Of a DNA stretch of 64,000 nt, positions 1 through 7,207 are shown piece after piece. The number at the start of each line of letters is the position of its first letter. Position 1 is the stretch's first letter. The notes beneath the pieces were generated by a model. The model was not told the origin of the DNA. It made no database searches and worked only from the letters and a program-made list of their open reading frames with translations. The DNA comes from a virus: IMG/VR virus record IMGVR_UViG_3300019487_000020, positions 1 to 64,000 of that record; one strand, written 5' to 3'. Both the position numbers and the translations under genes were made by a program.

Positions 1-216
1 GAGGTCAGCGGCGAGGTCAGCGGCGTGGTCAGCGGCGAGGTCAGCGGAGAGGGCAGCGGCGTGGTCAGCGGCGGAGTCAGCGGAGTCAGCGGCGTGGTCA
101 GCGGCGAGGTCAGCGGAGTCAGCGGCGTGGTCAGCGGCGAAGTCAGCGGAGTCAGCGTCGAGGTCAGCGGCGAGGTCAGCGGCGAGGTCAGCGGCGAGGT
201 CAGCGGCGTGGTCAGC
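1..216. repeat. Tandem array of about 18 copies of a 12-nt unit GnGGTCAGCGGC, with a few 9-nt variants
   Basis: Direct reading gives gaggtcagcggc / gtggtcagcggc / ggagtcagc units head to tail with no spacers. Confidence 0.95.
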
Positions 217-225
217 GGCCTATGA
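1..225 (+). CDS. 3' end of a gene running off the left edge; C-terminus built of (E/V)VSG tetrapeptide repeats
   Basis: The + frame is open from nt 1 to TGA 223-225, with repeating codons GAG/GTG-GTC-AGC-GGC. Two minus-strand frames are also open across the repeat, so the strand call is tentative. Confidence 0.35.
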   Translation, partial: EVSGEVSGVVSGEVSGEGSGVVSGGVSGVSGVVSGEVSGVSGVVSGEVSGVSVEVSGEVSGEVSGEVSGVVSGL

Positions 226-342
226 CTATTTCGCAGACGAGTTGTTGAAGATTTTGGAGAACACGAAATGACCGATCTTCCCAAGCTAAAGCCGTGACGT
301 GGGTGCGATAATGAAGCCGTTAATGTTCAGTCTCATTGGACG

Positions 343-453
343 ATGGGTCGTATATACGGCTACACCGTGAAGTGTAACGGTTGCGGAAACGAGACCGATT
401 GCTATCCATCCAGCAAAGGTGCCATCGAAGCATGGAACAGGAGGGCGGAGTGA
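343..453 (+). CDS. Short Lar-like zinc-ribbon remnant (36 aa)
   Basis: ATG 343 to TGA 451-453 translates to MGRIYGYTVKCNGCGNETDCYPSSKGAIEAWNRRAE. It has a CxxC plus a C-terminal AIEAWNRR, as in Lar-family restriction-alleviation proteins. The first Zn knuckle is missing and the ORF is below the ORF-track size cutoff. Confidence 0.35.
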   Translation: MGRIYGYTVKCNGCGNETDCYPSSKGAIEAWNRRAE

Positions 454-584
454 GTCTAAAGCTAGTTCCGACCACTCTTAGCGCAGCCATGTTATTTGTT
501 CGGGAGCATCACAGGCACCATCCGAGAATAGTTGAAGCACTGTAATAACCCAAATTGTCAAGAAGCAATACCCGCCTTTAGTTT

Positions 585-1055
585 GTGCGCGAGCGCAAAA
601 GACGGCCTCCAGTCAAAGTGCAAGGAATGTCAACGCGCCTACAGAAAAATAATGCAAAGCGCATTAGAGCCTACAACAACAAATGGCATAAGGACAATAG
701 GCAAAAAGCCTTGCAGCGGCGACGCGAACAGGCAAAAGCCAACCCGGAAAGAACTAGAGGCATCCAAATCAAGAAGTTTTGGCCTGGCTCCACTTGGCGA
801 GAAGCAAACAGCCGCTTCAATTCACTGTTAAAAAGCCAGGAAGGGGCGTGCGCAATATACAAGCAAGTCGAGTCTGCACTAGATCACAGGACTGGCAAAC
901 CGCGAGCTTTGTCGGTAGACCACTGCCATGAAACAAGACAGGTACGTGGACTGCTGTGCCACAGATGTAACAAGGCCATTGGAGAATTCCGAGACAGCCC
1001 CGCTCTGTGCTACACTGCTGGAAATTATTTGATGCGCGGGGAGAGCCTAGAGTGA
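585..1055 (+). CDS. HNH / Endonuclease VII-family nuclease, apparently frameshifted
   Basis: The core motif is VDHCHETRQVRGLLCHRCNKAIGEF. The expected N-terminal Cys finger (CNNPNC..CKEC) lies in the 532 frame and joins only by a -1 shift at the A5 run 645-649. The gene is visibly AT-richer than its flanks. Confidence 0.75.
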   Translation: MRERKRRPPVKVQGMSTRLQKNNAKRIRAYNNKWHKDNRQKALQRRREQAKANPERTRGIQIKKFWPGSTWREANSRFNSLLKSQEGACAIYKQVESALDHRTGKPRALSVDHCHETRQVRGLLCHRCNKAIGEFRDSPALCYTAGNYLMRGESLE

Positions 1056-1261
1056 GTGTGGAGGGCATGCCCCCGGGGCATACTGTAGGCATGGACAACG
1101 CGGAGACAGAGGTGTTCTTCAGGGGATTCCTGGAGGGCAACAGGGTGGTGTTCGGCGAGCCGGGCGGCGAGGCGCGCGTGTACCAGATGCCAGGCGAGGC
1201 GTGCTCCATGAGCCCGGCCGAGCGCAGGTTCCTGATGGAGCTTGGACTGGAGCTTGGGTGA
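1052..1261 (+). CDS. hypothetical protein
   Basis: GTG 1052 overlaps the upstream stop (GTGA) and follows GGGGAGAG. The frame has high GC3. Confidence 0.5.
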   Translation: MSVEGMPPGHTVGMDNAETEVFFRGFLEGNRVVFGEPGGEARVYQMPGEACSMSPAERRFLMELGLELG

Positions 1262-1638
1262 CCACCAAGGCTGAGTTCTACCAGGCCGTCAGGGAGTACA
1301 TAGGCTACGACAGCGAGGCGGGCCCGAGCACCGATAGGCTTGCCAGGCTGGCCAGGGAGTTCAACCTGAGCATGCCTAGCGCGTGCCGGTGGGCCATGGG
1401 CAAGTCGGCGCCGGCCACGGACGCGCTGAGGAAGGTAGTCGTGGACTTCATGAAGGGGCTTCCCCGCATGGAGCCGTGCGAGGAGTGCGGGAGCCACCAG
1501 GTAGTCTGCCGGAGCTACGTAGGCCCGAAGTTCTACCAGGTCTCGTGCAAGTCCTGCGGAAACCAGGGCACGACGCAGAGCCGGGAGTCGTACGCCATCA
1601 CGGCGTGGAACGAGAGGACGCCGAAGCATGGGTCCTAG
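1258..1638 (+). CDS. protein with a C-terminal Lar-like zinc ribbon
   Basis: The start is a GTGA overlap. The C-terminus reads EPCEECG..VSCKSCGNQG..SYAITAWNERT (two CxxC pairs plus an AWN(E/R)R tail). Confidence 0.65.
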   Translation: MTTKAEFYQAVREYIGYDSEAGPSTDRLARLAREFNLSMPSACRWAMGKSAPATDALRKVVVDFMKGLPRMEPCEECGSHQVVCRSYVGPKFYQVSCKSCGNQGTTQSRESYAITAWNERTPKHGS

Positions 1639-1849
1639 TAGCAAACTGACAAAGACCGCCAGGCCCAGGCTGCCCAAGCTGCCCAAGCTACACCCGTGCT
1701 GGTTCTGCGGAGAGAAGCTCGTGTACGTGGTCGACAAGTTGGTTGTTTACCACGTAGCATGCTCCAACTCCAGGTGTTACGCGAGCGGTCCCTGGCAGAG
1801 CAGCAAGCGGAAGGCCGCCAAGGCATGGAACAGGAGGGACGTAAGATGA
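1628..1849 (+). CDS. Lar-family restriction-alleviation-like zinc-ribbon protein
   Basis: The sequence HPCWFCGEKL..VACSNSRCYASGP..AAKAWNRR matches the Lar pattern (CxFCG .. C..C .. AWNRR). Confidence 0.7.
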   Translation: MGPSSKLTKTARPRLPKLPKLHPCWFCGEKLVYVVDKLVVYHVACSNSRCYASGPWQSSKRKAAKAWNRRDVR

Positions 1850-2097
1850 GAGGCATATTCAAGAAGCTGTTCGGAGGCACGGAGGACGCGCAGGTGCCGG
1901 TGTCCGCCGGGGAGCTTGCCTTCGAGGCCCAGTTCGACGGCGGGTGGGAGCCCACGCTCAACCTGCAGTGGGCCAGGAAGCAGGTCAACGGCCTGCCACT
2001 GGGCGCAGACACCGTCCTGTGCCAGCAGTGGGTGCGCTTCGCGAGCAGCGGCGCATTGGTCGAGAAGGAGTGGCGCGAAGTGAGGACGGCCACGTGA
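1846..2097 (+). CDS. hypothetical protein
   Basis: ATG 1846 overlaps the upstream stop (ATGA). The frame has high GC3. Confidence 0.55.
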   Translation: MRGIFKKLFGGTEDAQVPVSAGELAFEAQFDGGWEPTLNLQWARKQVNGLPLGADTVLCQQWVRFASSGALVEKEWREVRTAT

Positions 2098-2240
2098 GGT
2101 ACACCTACTGGGTCTGCTACGAGTACTCGTGGTACATGGAGCCGTACGGCCACTACCCGACGGCGGAGGCCGCGCGGGAGGGCATGCTGAAGGCCCGCAT
2201 GCGCCGTCCAAGCGCGAAGATCAAGGTCATCAGAACCTAA
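2094..2240 (+). CDS. hypothetical small protein (48 aa)
   Basis: GTG 2094 overlaps the upstream stop (GTGA). This is the last gene before the terminator. Confidence 0.45.
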   Translation: MRYTYWVCYEYSWYMEPYGHYPTAEAAREGMLKARMRRPSAKIKVIRT

Positions 2241-2250
2241 GGGAAAAATT

Positions 2251-2283
2251 TTAGTAGCCTTTTGCACAAGGCCGTGCTATACT
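2251..2283 (+). promoter_or_regulatory. early-type promoter with extended -10 (TGcTATACT) and a TAGCCT -35-like box
   Basis: TGCTATACT lies at 2275-2283 and TAGCCT at 2255-2260, with a 17-nt spacer. The ttagtagcNttt..TGnNAYAMT layout is shared with the sites at 2378 and 2862. Confidence 0.45.
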
Positions 2284-2311
2284 GGACCCATCATACGTAC
2301 TTCCTTTCGGA

Positions 2312-2357
2312 GGGCGTCGCCGGAGGTCAAAAGCCGGCGGCGCCCTTCTTATTTATT
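2312..2357 (+). terminator. rho-independent terminator
   Basis: The stem is GGGCGTCGCCGG (2312-2323) paired with CCGGCGGCGCCC (2334-2345), followed by TTCTTATTTATT. Confidence 0.7.
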
Positions 2358-2377
2358 CGAATACAATCAAGAAAATT

Positions 2378-2410
2378 CTAGTAGCATTTGAGCCAGAAGC
2401 ATGACATAAT
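2378..2410 (+). promoter_or_regulatory. early-type promoter (TGaCATAAT)
   Basis: TAGCAT lies at 2382-2387 and TGACATAAT at 2402-2410, with a 17-nt spacer. The ATG at 2417 is only 7 nt downstream, so the mRNA may be near-leaderless. Confidence 0.45.
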
Positions 2411-2416
2411 GGAGTC

Positions 2417-2656
2417 ATGGAGCACAAGATCGAGATCACGATGGTAGTCAAGAGCGGGCTGACCGACGCAGTGGGCTACGTGCACATGGAGGTGGACGGC
2501 GAGAGCGCCATGGCCGCCAGGCGCAGGTGCGACGGCAAGTGGGCCGTCACGCCGGCCCGCATGGGCCAGTCCAGGAAGAAGGCGGCCAGGGAGGCCGCGC
2601 AGAGGGTGTACGAGGCCGAGCTGGCGTCGCGGAGGCTGTGTGACAAGGAGGACTGA
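2417..2656 (+). CDS. hypothetical protein
   Basis: ATG start with strong GC3 bias. Arg is encoded mostly by AGG. Confidence 0.65.
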   Translation: MEHKIEITMVVKSGLTDAVGYVHMEVDGESAMAARRRCDGKWAVTPARMGQSRKKAAREAAQRVYEAELASRRLCDKED

Positions 2657-2858
2657 GGAACTCAGGGAGATACACGAGCAGGAGGGCCTGTACGACGAGG
2701 CCATGGCCACCGCGCGCACTGCGATGGCGGCCGACGCAGGCCTGGGCCAGGCGGAGGCCCTCAGGCAGGCCGCGTCCGACCTGGGCGTGGAGGACGGCGA
2801 GGAGATGGACGCCTTCCTGGGCTGGGCGATGGCCAAGATGGCGGAGCCAAGGCAATGA
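2640..2858 (+). CDS. hypothetical acidic protein
   Basis: GTG 2640 lies 4 nt after GGAGG (2631-2635). The frame has high GC3. Confidence 0.55.
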   Translation: MTRRTEELREIHEQEGLYDEAMATARTAMAADAGLGQAEALRQAASDLGVEDGEEMDAFLGWAMAKMAEPRQ

Positions 2859-2861
2859 GTC

Positions 2862-2894
2862 TTATTAGCATTTTAAACAGAACCATGCCACACT
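2862..2894 (+). promoter_or_regulatory. early-type promoter, weaker -10 (TGcCACACT)
   Basis: TAGCAT lies at 2866-2871 and TGCCACACT at 2886-2894, with a 17-nt spacer. An SD (AGGAGG) and the ATG at 2917 follow. Confidence 0.35.
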
Positions 2895-2916
2895 TTCACA
2901 ACAAACAGGAGGCACT

Positions 2917-3174
2917 ATGAAGAAGCTAACCACGGGACAGAAGAAGGCGCTGGTTACGGCGCTGGTGTTCGGGGTCAAGGAGGTCAACTCCACGGCCCTC
3001 AAGTCGCTCAAGGCCATGGGCCTGGTCGTGGAGAGGCGCGACCCGTTCGGCACCGGCAAGTGGGAGCAAGGGCTGACCGGCTACGCGATGGACGTGGCCT
3101 TCGACCTGATCAGCGCCAGCCAGGGCTACTCGTGGGCTCGTACAACGCGTGCAAGCGGGCCATGGAGTTCCTGA
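2917..3174 (+). CDS. hypothetical protein (3' end uncertain, see the frame-switch finding)
   Basis: ATG follows AGGAGG. GC3 bias leaves this frame near 3130. Confidence 0.6.
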   Translation: MKKLTTGQKKALVTALVFGVKEVNSTALKSLKAMGLVVERRDPFGTGKWEQGLTGYAMDVAFDLISASQGYSWARTTRASGPWSS

Positions 3175-3220
3175 TGGAGAAGGGGTACCCGGCGGAGTGG
3201 TACGACGGGGTGATGGACTG

Positions 3221-3607
3221 ATGCACAAGGCCGACGGCAAGACAACGTGCGCGGAGCGGGATTGCCCTGCGCTGTACAGAATGGACGGCGTCGGCATGGT
3301 CGTGTACGTGCTGGCTTTGGACCGACTGGGCCGCAGGGTGTTCGCCTCCGTCAACGGAGCAAGCCGACGCAGGCGCGTGAGCGCGTGGCTTGCGTGCCCG
3401 GAGTACGAGAGGCGCATGGTCCCAATGCGCGACCCGCACCCCCGCCTGGTGTCGAGGGCAAGGGACGTAGCCATTCGGGTCTGCGCCGGCGACGCGGTGG
3501 TGAAGAACCCGTCCGGCATCGCCGTCTCGGGCAAGAGAACTGCGTGCCACGCCGACAACTGGCGCGCGGACAGGCTGGGGTGGCAGCACCACTCGAAGTA
3601 CAGGTAG
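3221..3607 (+). CDS. hypothetical Cys-rich protein
   Basis: ATG 3221 overlaps the TGA of the preceding frame-0 reading (TGATG). The frame has strong GC3 bias. Confidence 0.6.
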   Translation: MHKADGKTTCAERDCPALYRMDGVGMVVYVLALDRLGRRVFASVNGASRRRRVSAWLACPEYERRMVPMRDPHPRLVSRARDVAIRVCAGDAVVKNPSGIAVSGKRTACHADNWRADRLGWQHHSKYR

Positions 3608-3802
3608 GCGCACCGACGCCCGGGCATCCGAGAGGAGCCCAGGCGTCGTGCCGCACGGCCCGAGGGCAGTGCGTGGCGGGCCGCATGCAGCCGCTCATCC
3701 TAGGACAAGGCAGCCTTTCGGTGGTCCGCGTCAAGCTCGGTTGTAATTTGCGATTAAAAGCGCAGGCTTACAGGGCCACGGTCGGACAGACCGTGCCTCC
3801 CG

Positions 3803-4297
3803 TCAGCCTTGAGGGGAGTCAGGGTCCCCGCCGTCCTCGAACTGCTTCTCGTATGCGATCGGTGGAAGGGGCGGTTCCTCACCGGCTATAGATTGCCTGG
3901 CGTCCTCCTGCTCCCTCTTTGTTTCCTTCATCTTCCTGAGCAGCCACTTGTTGCGGGACAGGCCGGACGCCCTGAACTCGGCCTCGTCGTCCACGGCCCG
4001 CTCCACTGCCTCCCTGAGCTGCGCCTCCTTGGCGGCGGAGTACTCGGGGTCCACAAGCTCCCTGCACTCCTCGAGTATGGCCTCCTCGCCCTCGTCGTCG
4101 GCCAGGTCGTTGGCGGCCTCGATCACGTGGAGGAACAGCCTGTACGGGTCCATGGCCTCGGCCTCGGCCAGGGACACGCCCAGGGCCGAGACCGCCCTGC
4201 GCACGGACCTGCGCCACAGGCCCGCCTCGGACGGGTCCAGGAACTCCCTGAGCGCTTCAGCCCTGGCGGCCTCCATGGCCTCCACGATCCTACCCAT
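3803..4297 (-). CDS. hypothetical acidic protein
   Basis: Complete ORF with an ATG start. It is the last gene of the leftward operon. Confidence 0.65.
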   Translation of the reverse strand: MGRIVEAMEAARAEALREFLDPSEAGLWRRSVRRAVSALGVSLAEAEAMDPYRLFLHVIEAANDLADDEGEEAILEECRELVDPEYSAAKEAQLREAVERAVDDEAEFRASGLSRNKWLLRKMKETKREQEDARQSIAGEEPPLPPIAYEKQFEDGGDPDSPQG

Positions 4298-4553
4298 TGG
4301 CCAGCCTGGCGAGGACGTCCGCGTGGCACGGCAGCGGCGCGCACCAGCAGCCCAGCACCTTGCCCTTCAGCGAGGGCAGCTGCGCTGCGAGCGACGGCTG
4401 GCTCGCCAGCCACTTTTCGTACATGCGTATGGCCTCTGCGCGGCCGTGCCTCTCGGCCGGGAAGGGGTTGCCCCACACGGTGGTGCGGTCCACCAGCACG
4501 TCGTACGGCGCCTTCATGCAGTGCACCACCACGCGCTCACGCCACCTACCCAC
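4290..4553 (-). CDS. DUF4326-like protein
   Basis: The sequence VWGNPF..AIRMYEKWL..LKGKVLGCWCAPLPCHADVL matches the DUF4326 pattern (GNPF .. CWC.P..CH). Confidence 0.65.
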   Translation of the reverse strand: MGRWRERVVVHCMKAPYDVLVDRTTVWGNPFPAERHGRAEAIRMYEKWLASQPSLAAQLPSLKGKVLGCWCAPLPCHADVLARLANG

Positions 4554-4818
4554 GGAGCCTCCGCCACCTTGCGGCCTGCAGCTCCTCCAGCCTCTGCTCC
4601 TCGGCGGCGGCCGCGAGCTTCCTGCGCTCCTGGTCCAATGCGAGGTACTCCATCTGCTTGTCGGACACCTCCTGCGGGGACAGCTTGCTCTTGAGCATGG
4701 CGTCGAGGCGGCCGTCGTCGGCCTTGGCCGACAAGGGGTCGAAGCCCAGCTGGTCGCGCAGCCGGCGCATGGCGCATGCCACCTGGCGCACCTTCAGCCT
4801 GTGGAAGTCACTCGCCAT
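4546..4818 (-). CDS. hypothetical protein
   Basis: Complete ORF that overlaps both neighbouring genes by a few nt. Confidence 0.55.
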   Translation of the reverse strand: MASDFHRLKVRQVACAMRRLRDQLGFDPLSAKADDGRLDAMLKSKLSPQEVSDKQMEYLALDQERRKLAAAAEEQRLEELQAARWRRLRG

Positions 4819-5038
4819 GGAACTTCCTCATCACCGACTCGAACCTGTCCGTGCCCGCCTCCAGCATGGTGACGAAGGCGCCGCAGTCCATGCACATCTC
4901 GGACGGGGAGTAGGAGCCGATGCGCCAGGAGTACATGGCGTCGTGCCTGTTGGGGTGGGGGCAGGCCGACCGTATGGCCAGCAGCTCGTTCTGGAGCCTG
5001 TTGATCTCGTCTACGATCTCATCCGACCTTCTTGCCAT
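4808..5038 (-). CDS. hypothetical protein with Cys/His cluster
   Basis: Complete ORF containing the possible metal-site residues CPHPNRH..CMDC. Confidence 0.55.
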   Translation of the reverse strand: MARRSDEIVDEINRLQNELLAIRSACPHPNRHDAMYSWRIGSYSPSEMCMDCGAFVTMLEAGTDRFESVMRKFHGE

Positions 5039-5156
5039 GCTTGGCCCTCCTCCTGGCTATTGCGGCATCTCTCCTGCGCTGGAATCGGTTCTTGTGGGGC
5101 GTGTACGACCTGTTGTCCACGTGGGCGGTCGAGACGCTCCTGGGCGGCGGGCCCAC
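5019..5156 (-). CDS. small basic protein (45 aa)
   Basis: GTG 5156 opens a GC3-rich frame (GTG GGC CCG CCG CCC AGG ..) that fills the gap between flanking genes. Confidence 0.4.
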   Translation of the reverse strand: MGPPPRSVSTAHVDNRSYTPHKNRFQRRRDAAIARRRAKHGKKVG

Positions 5157-5166
5157 GTCCGTCCGG

Positions 5167-5631
5167 TCAGGCGCCGGGCTTGTCGCCGCCACTGGCCTTC
5201 TCACTGTCCCTCTTCTCGAGCTGCCTCTTGATGCGCTCCAAGGCCTCTTCCTTCATCTTGTTCATGCGTCGCCTGTGCGCAAGCTCGGCCTCGATGGCCG
5301 CGTTCAGGGTCTCGATCACGACCTCCTGGTCCGCCACGGCGCCCGGCCTGGCCGAGCCCAGCCCCCAGAAGGGAGGGGCCTTCACGACGCGCTGCTTGAG
5401 CTGCGCGAGCGCGTAGGCGAGGTCGTCCGGCCTCTGGCGGGCGAGGGACGGGTTGGCGCCGAGGAACTCGCGGTACTCCCGGTCCGCGGCGATCTCCTGG
5501 TACGGGTCCAGCCAGAGCCTGAAAGAGAAAGTGCCCAGGTAGGTGCCTCCGTGGTTGCCAGTGTGGTTGATGTCCCAGTGCCCAAGCCCCTCTTCGATTC
5601 TGATTTCGTATTTTTTTTCTTCGGTTTCCAT
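5167..5631 (-). CDS. hypothetical protein
   Basis: ATG start. It is the first gene of the leftward operon. Confidence 0.65.
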   Translation of the reverse strand: METEEKKYEIRIEEGLGHWDINHTGNHGGTYLGTFSFRLWLDPYQEIAADREYREFLGANPSLARQRPDDLAYALAQLKQRVVKAPPFWGLGSARPGAVADQEVVIETLNAAIEAELAHRRRMNKMKEEALERIKRQLEKRDSEKASGGDKPGA

Positions 5632-5674
5632 CGCTTCTCTTTTGCAGCACTGGCCTGCATTTTCTCTATCGTTT

Positions 5675-5703
5675 TATATACCAGCAAGCACACCTAGTGC
5701 TAA
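5675..5703 (-). promoter_or_regulatory. leftward sigma70-like promoter (TTAGCA-17-TATATA with an upstream TG)
   Basis: The minus strand reads TTAGCActaggtgtgcttgcTGgTATATA. The -35 box is at 5698-5703 and the -10 box at 5675-5680. Confidence 0.5.
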
Positions 5704-5849
5704 TTAGTATTAAATACTTCCCAAAACTAAGGTTTCTGAACAGGGACAGAACCGAACAGCGCTTACGCTAAGCGTTATATCGCGTACGCTACCTGCGCAA
5801 CCCACTGAACTCCTTGGCCCAAATTTTGTTGGCGCTTTGGCAGCGGCCG

Positions 5850-5859
5850 TGCTATAATG
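5850..5859 (+). promoter_or_regulatory. rightward extended -10 promoter (TGCTATAAT)
   Basis: The block GGCCGTGCTATAATGG is nearly identical to GGCCGTGCTATACTGG at 2270-2285. An SD (TGGAGGA) and the ATG at 5877 follow. Confidence 0.55.
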
Positions 5860-5876
5860 GCGATATTGGAGGAACC

Positions 5877-6164
5877 ATGTACCTAGTAAAGAAGCCAACG
5901 CAGTGGGAGATACACGAGAGAGGGCGGCAGTCCGTGGCCGGCCCGCAGGATGCCATAATCGCGGAGGTCATGCGCAGGGGGGTCAAGGCCAGCGAGCTTG
6001 AGATGGCCGTGGGCGAGATGTTCAGCCGCGACCACGACTGCGCGCACTTCGGCCAGGGCCTCAGCAGGGACTACGGCCGCTGCTTCCTCTTCACAGATCA
6101 CTGGGCCGATGTAGTCGCAAAGTCTCGCCGCGGAGGCGGGGAAGGCACCCAGGCCGCTGGTTAG
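5877..6164 (+). CDS. hypothetical protein
   Basis: ATG 5877 follows GGAGGA. Its stop overlaps the stop of the convergent gene (TTAG). Confidence 0.6.
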   Translation: MYLVKKPTQWEIHERGRQSVAGPQDAIIAEVMRRGVKASELEMAVGEMFSRDHDCAHFGQGLSRDYGRCFLFTDHWADVVAKSRRGGGEGTQAAG

Positions 6165-6562
6165 CGGCTGGTCTCGATCAGCTTGGTTATGAGCGACACC
6201 AGCTGGCCATGCTGGTTGCGCACCTCGGTCCTCAGGTCCTCGAGCTTCTGGCCTAGGTTCTTGACCTCGCCGTTGTAGGTCTCGCGGATGTGCTGTATGT
6301 CCTTCTCGAACGACGCCCTCAGGTTCTCGATCTCCGCCCTTGCGGCGTCGATCCTGGAGTCCAGCTTGAGCTGCATCGCCTCAAGCTCCTCGTGGGCCCG
6401 GCCCTTTTCGGCCTCCACGGCCTTGTCCACTGCGTCCTGTATCTCCTTGGCCTTCTCCTTCTCGGAGCCCTTTACGGCCCTGGAGGCAGCGAGCCAGGCC
6501 CCGCCTATCACCGACAGGGCTAGGAATACCTGGAGAAAGATGTATGGGTCGTGATCGGGCAT
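6161..6562 (-). CDS. N-terminal TM anchor plus coiled-coil protein (i-spanin-like topology)
   Basis: ATG 6562. The hydrophobic stretch IFLQVFLALSVIGGAWLAA is followed by about 100 aa of heptad-like charged helix. Confidence 0.55.
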   Translation of the reverse strand: MPDHDPYIFLQVFLALSVIGGAWLAASRAVKGSEKEKAKEIQDAVDKAVEAEKGRAHEELEAMQLKLDSRIDAARAEIENLRASFEKDIQHIRETYNGEVKNLGQKLEDLRTEVRNQHGQLVSLITKLIETSR

Positions 6563-6611
6563 AGAGACCTCTACCCGATAGATTGTGGGTAATGCCATGG
6601 GGAGGCTTGTA

Positions 6612-6896
6612 ATGGACAATGAGATTCTAGGGATATTGGGCGGCAACAAGATCATAGTGGGCATCGTGGCCCTGCTGGCCGGAAGCTTCTTTCTGCGCGA
6701 GAAGATAGCCAGCTTCCTGACCAAGGGCGCCGGCAAGGCCCTGAACGAGGCCAAGGACAAGGACGGCAAGCTGCGCGAGGACGCGGCCTCGGCCAATGCC
6801 TCCAGCGACGCCGCGAAGGCGTCCGCCGACGAGGCCAACAAGCAGTCCAACAGCCTGCCCGACGACGAGGACTGGAACAAGCGGAGGGGAAATTGA
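6612..6896 (+). CDS. single-TM small membrane protein (holin candidate)
   Basis: ATG 6612 lies 6 nt after GGGGAGG. The TM segment is IIVGIVALLAGSFFL and the C-terminus is charged. Confidence 0.5.
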   Translation: MDNEILGILGGNKIIVGIVALLAGSFFLREKIASFLTKGAGKALNEAKDKDGKLREDAASANASSDAAKASADEANKQSNSLPDDEDWNKRRGN

Positions 6897-7207
6897 GCCT
6901 GTCCAAGAAGCTGGCGCTGCTGGCGGTGTTCGCCCTGGGCTTCATAATGGTAGGCTCCGAGCTTAGGCGCTACTACGAGGCCTACGTGCCGCCGCTCAAG
7001 GAGGGCGAGTGCGCCCGCCTCAGGGACCAAGGCATGGCCGAGGTCATAATCAAAGTCAAGAAGAACGACTGGGCGACTTCATCGTCGTTCATGGACGTCG
7101 AGGTCAAGTCCCCGTTCGCAAGCGGCTCAGTCTCGATGTCGGACACGTTCACGTCCATCAGGCGCGAGATCGACCACAAGATCGACTGCAAGGAGATTGG
7201 CCAATGA
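6893..7207 (+). CDS. membrane-anchored or secreted protein
   Basis: TTG 6893 forms a TTGA overlap and follows GGAGGGG. The N-terminal hydrophobic segment is LALLAVFALGFIMVG. Confidence 0.5.
   Translation: MSLSKKLALLAVFALGFIMVGSELRRYYEAYVPPLKEGECARLRDQGMAEVIIKVKKNDWATSSSFMDVEVKSPFASGSVSMSDTFTSIRREIDHKIDCKEIGQ

Noticed and set aside
1-216. Considered whether the left-edge repeat array could be a CRISPR array.
   Set aside because: The units are only 9-12 nt and directly abut one another with no unique spacers, so this is a tandem minisatellite, probably coding.
817-1737. Long minus-strand ORF (306 aa) across the early + strand genes. Similar shadow ORFs occur at 1635-2267, 2378-2836, 2926-3627 and 3809-5416.
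   Set aside because: They lie antisense to or overlapping ORFs with recognisable domains (EndoVII, Lar-like, DUF4326). They give Arg/Pro/Gly-rich low-complexity translations and lack the third-position G/C bias. Such shadow ORFs are typical of GC-rich DNA.
3777-3795. Hairpin CACGGTC-ggaca-GACCGTG between convergent genes, considered as a terminator.
   Set aside because: The stem is only 7 bp and there is no U-tract on either strand. Evidence is insufficient to call a terminator.
5757-5775. Inverted repeat CGCTTA-cgc-TAAGCG in the divergent promoter gap, considered as an operator.
   Set aside because: The arms are only 6 bp, there is one copy, and no adjacent repressor gene is recognisable. 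It could be chance.
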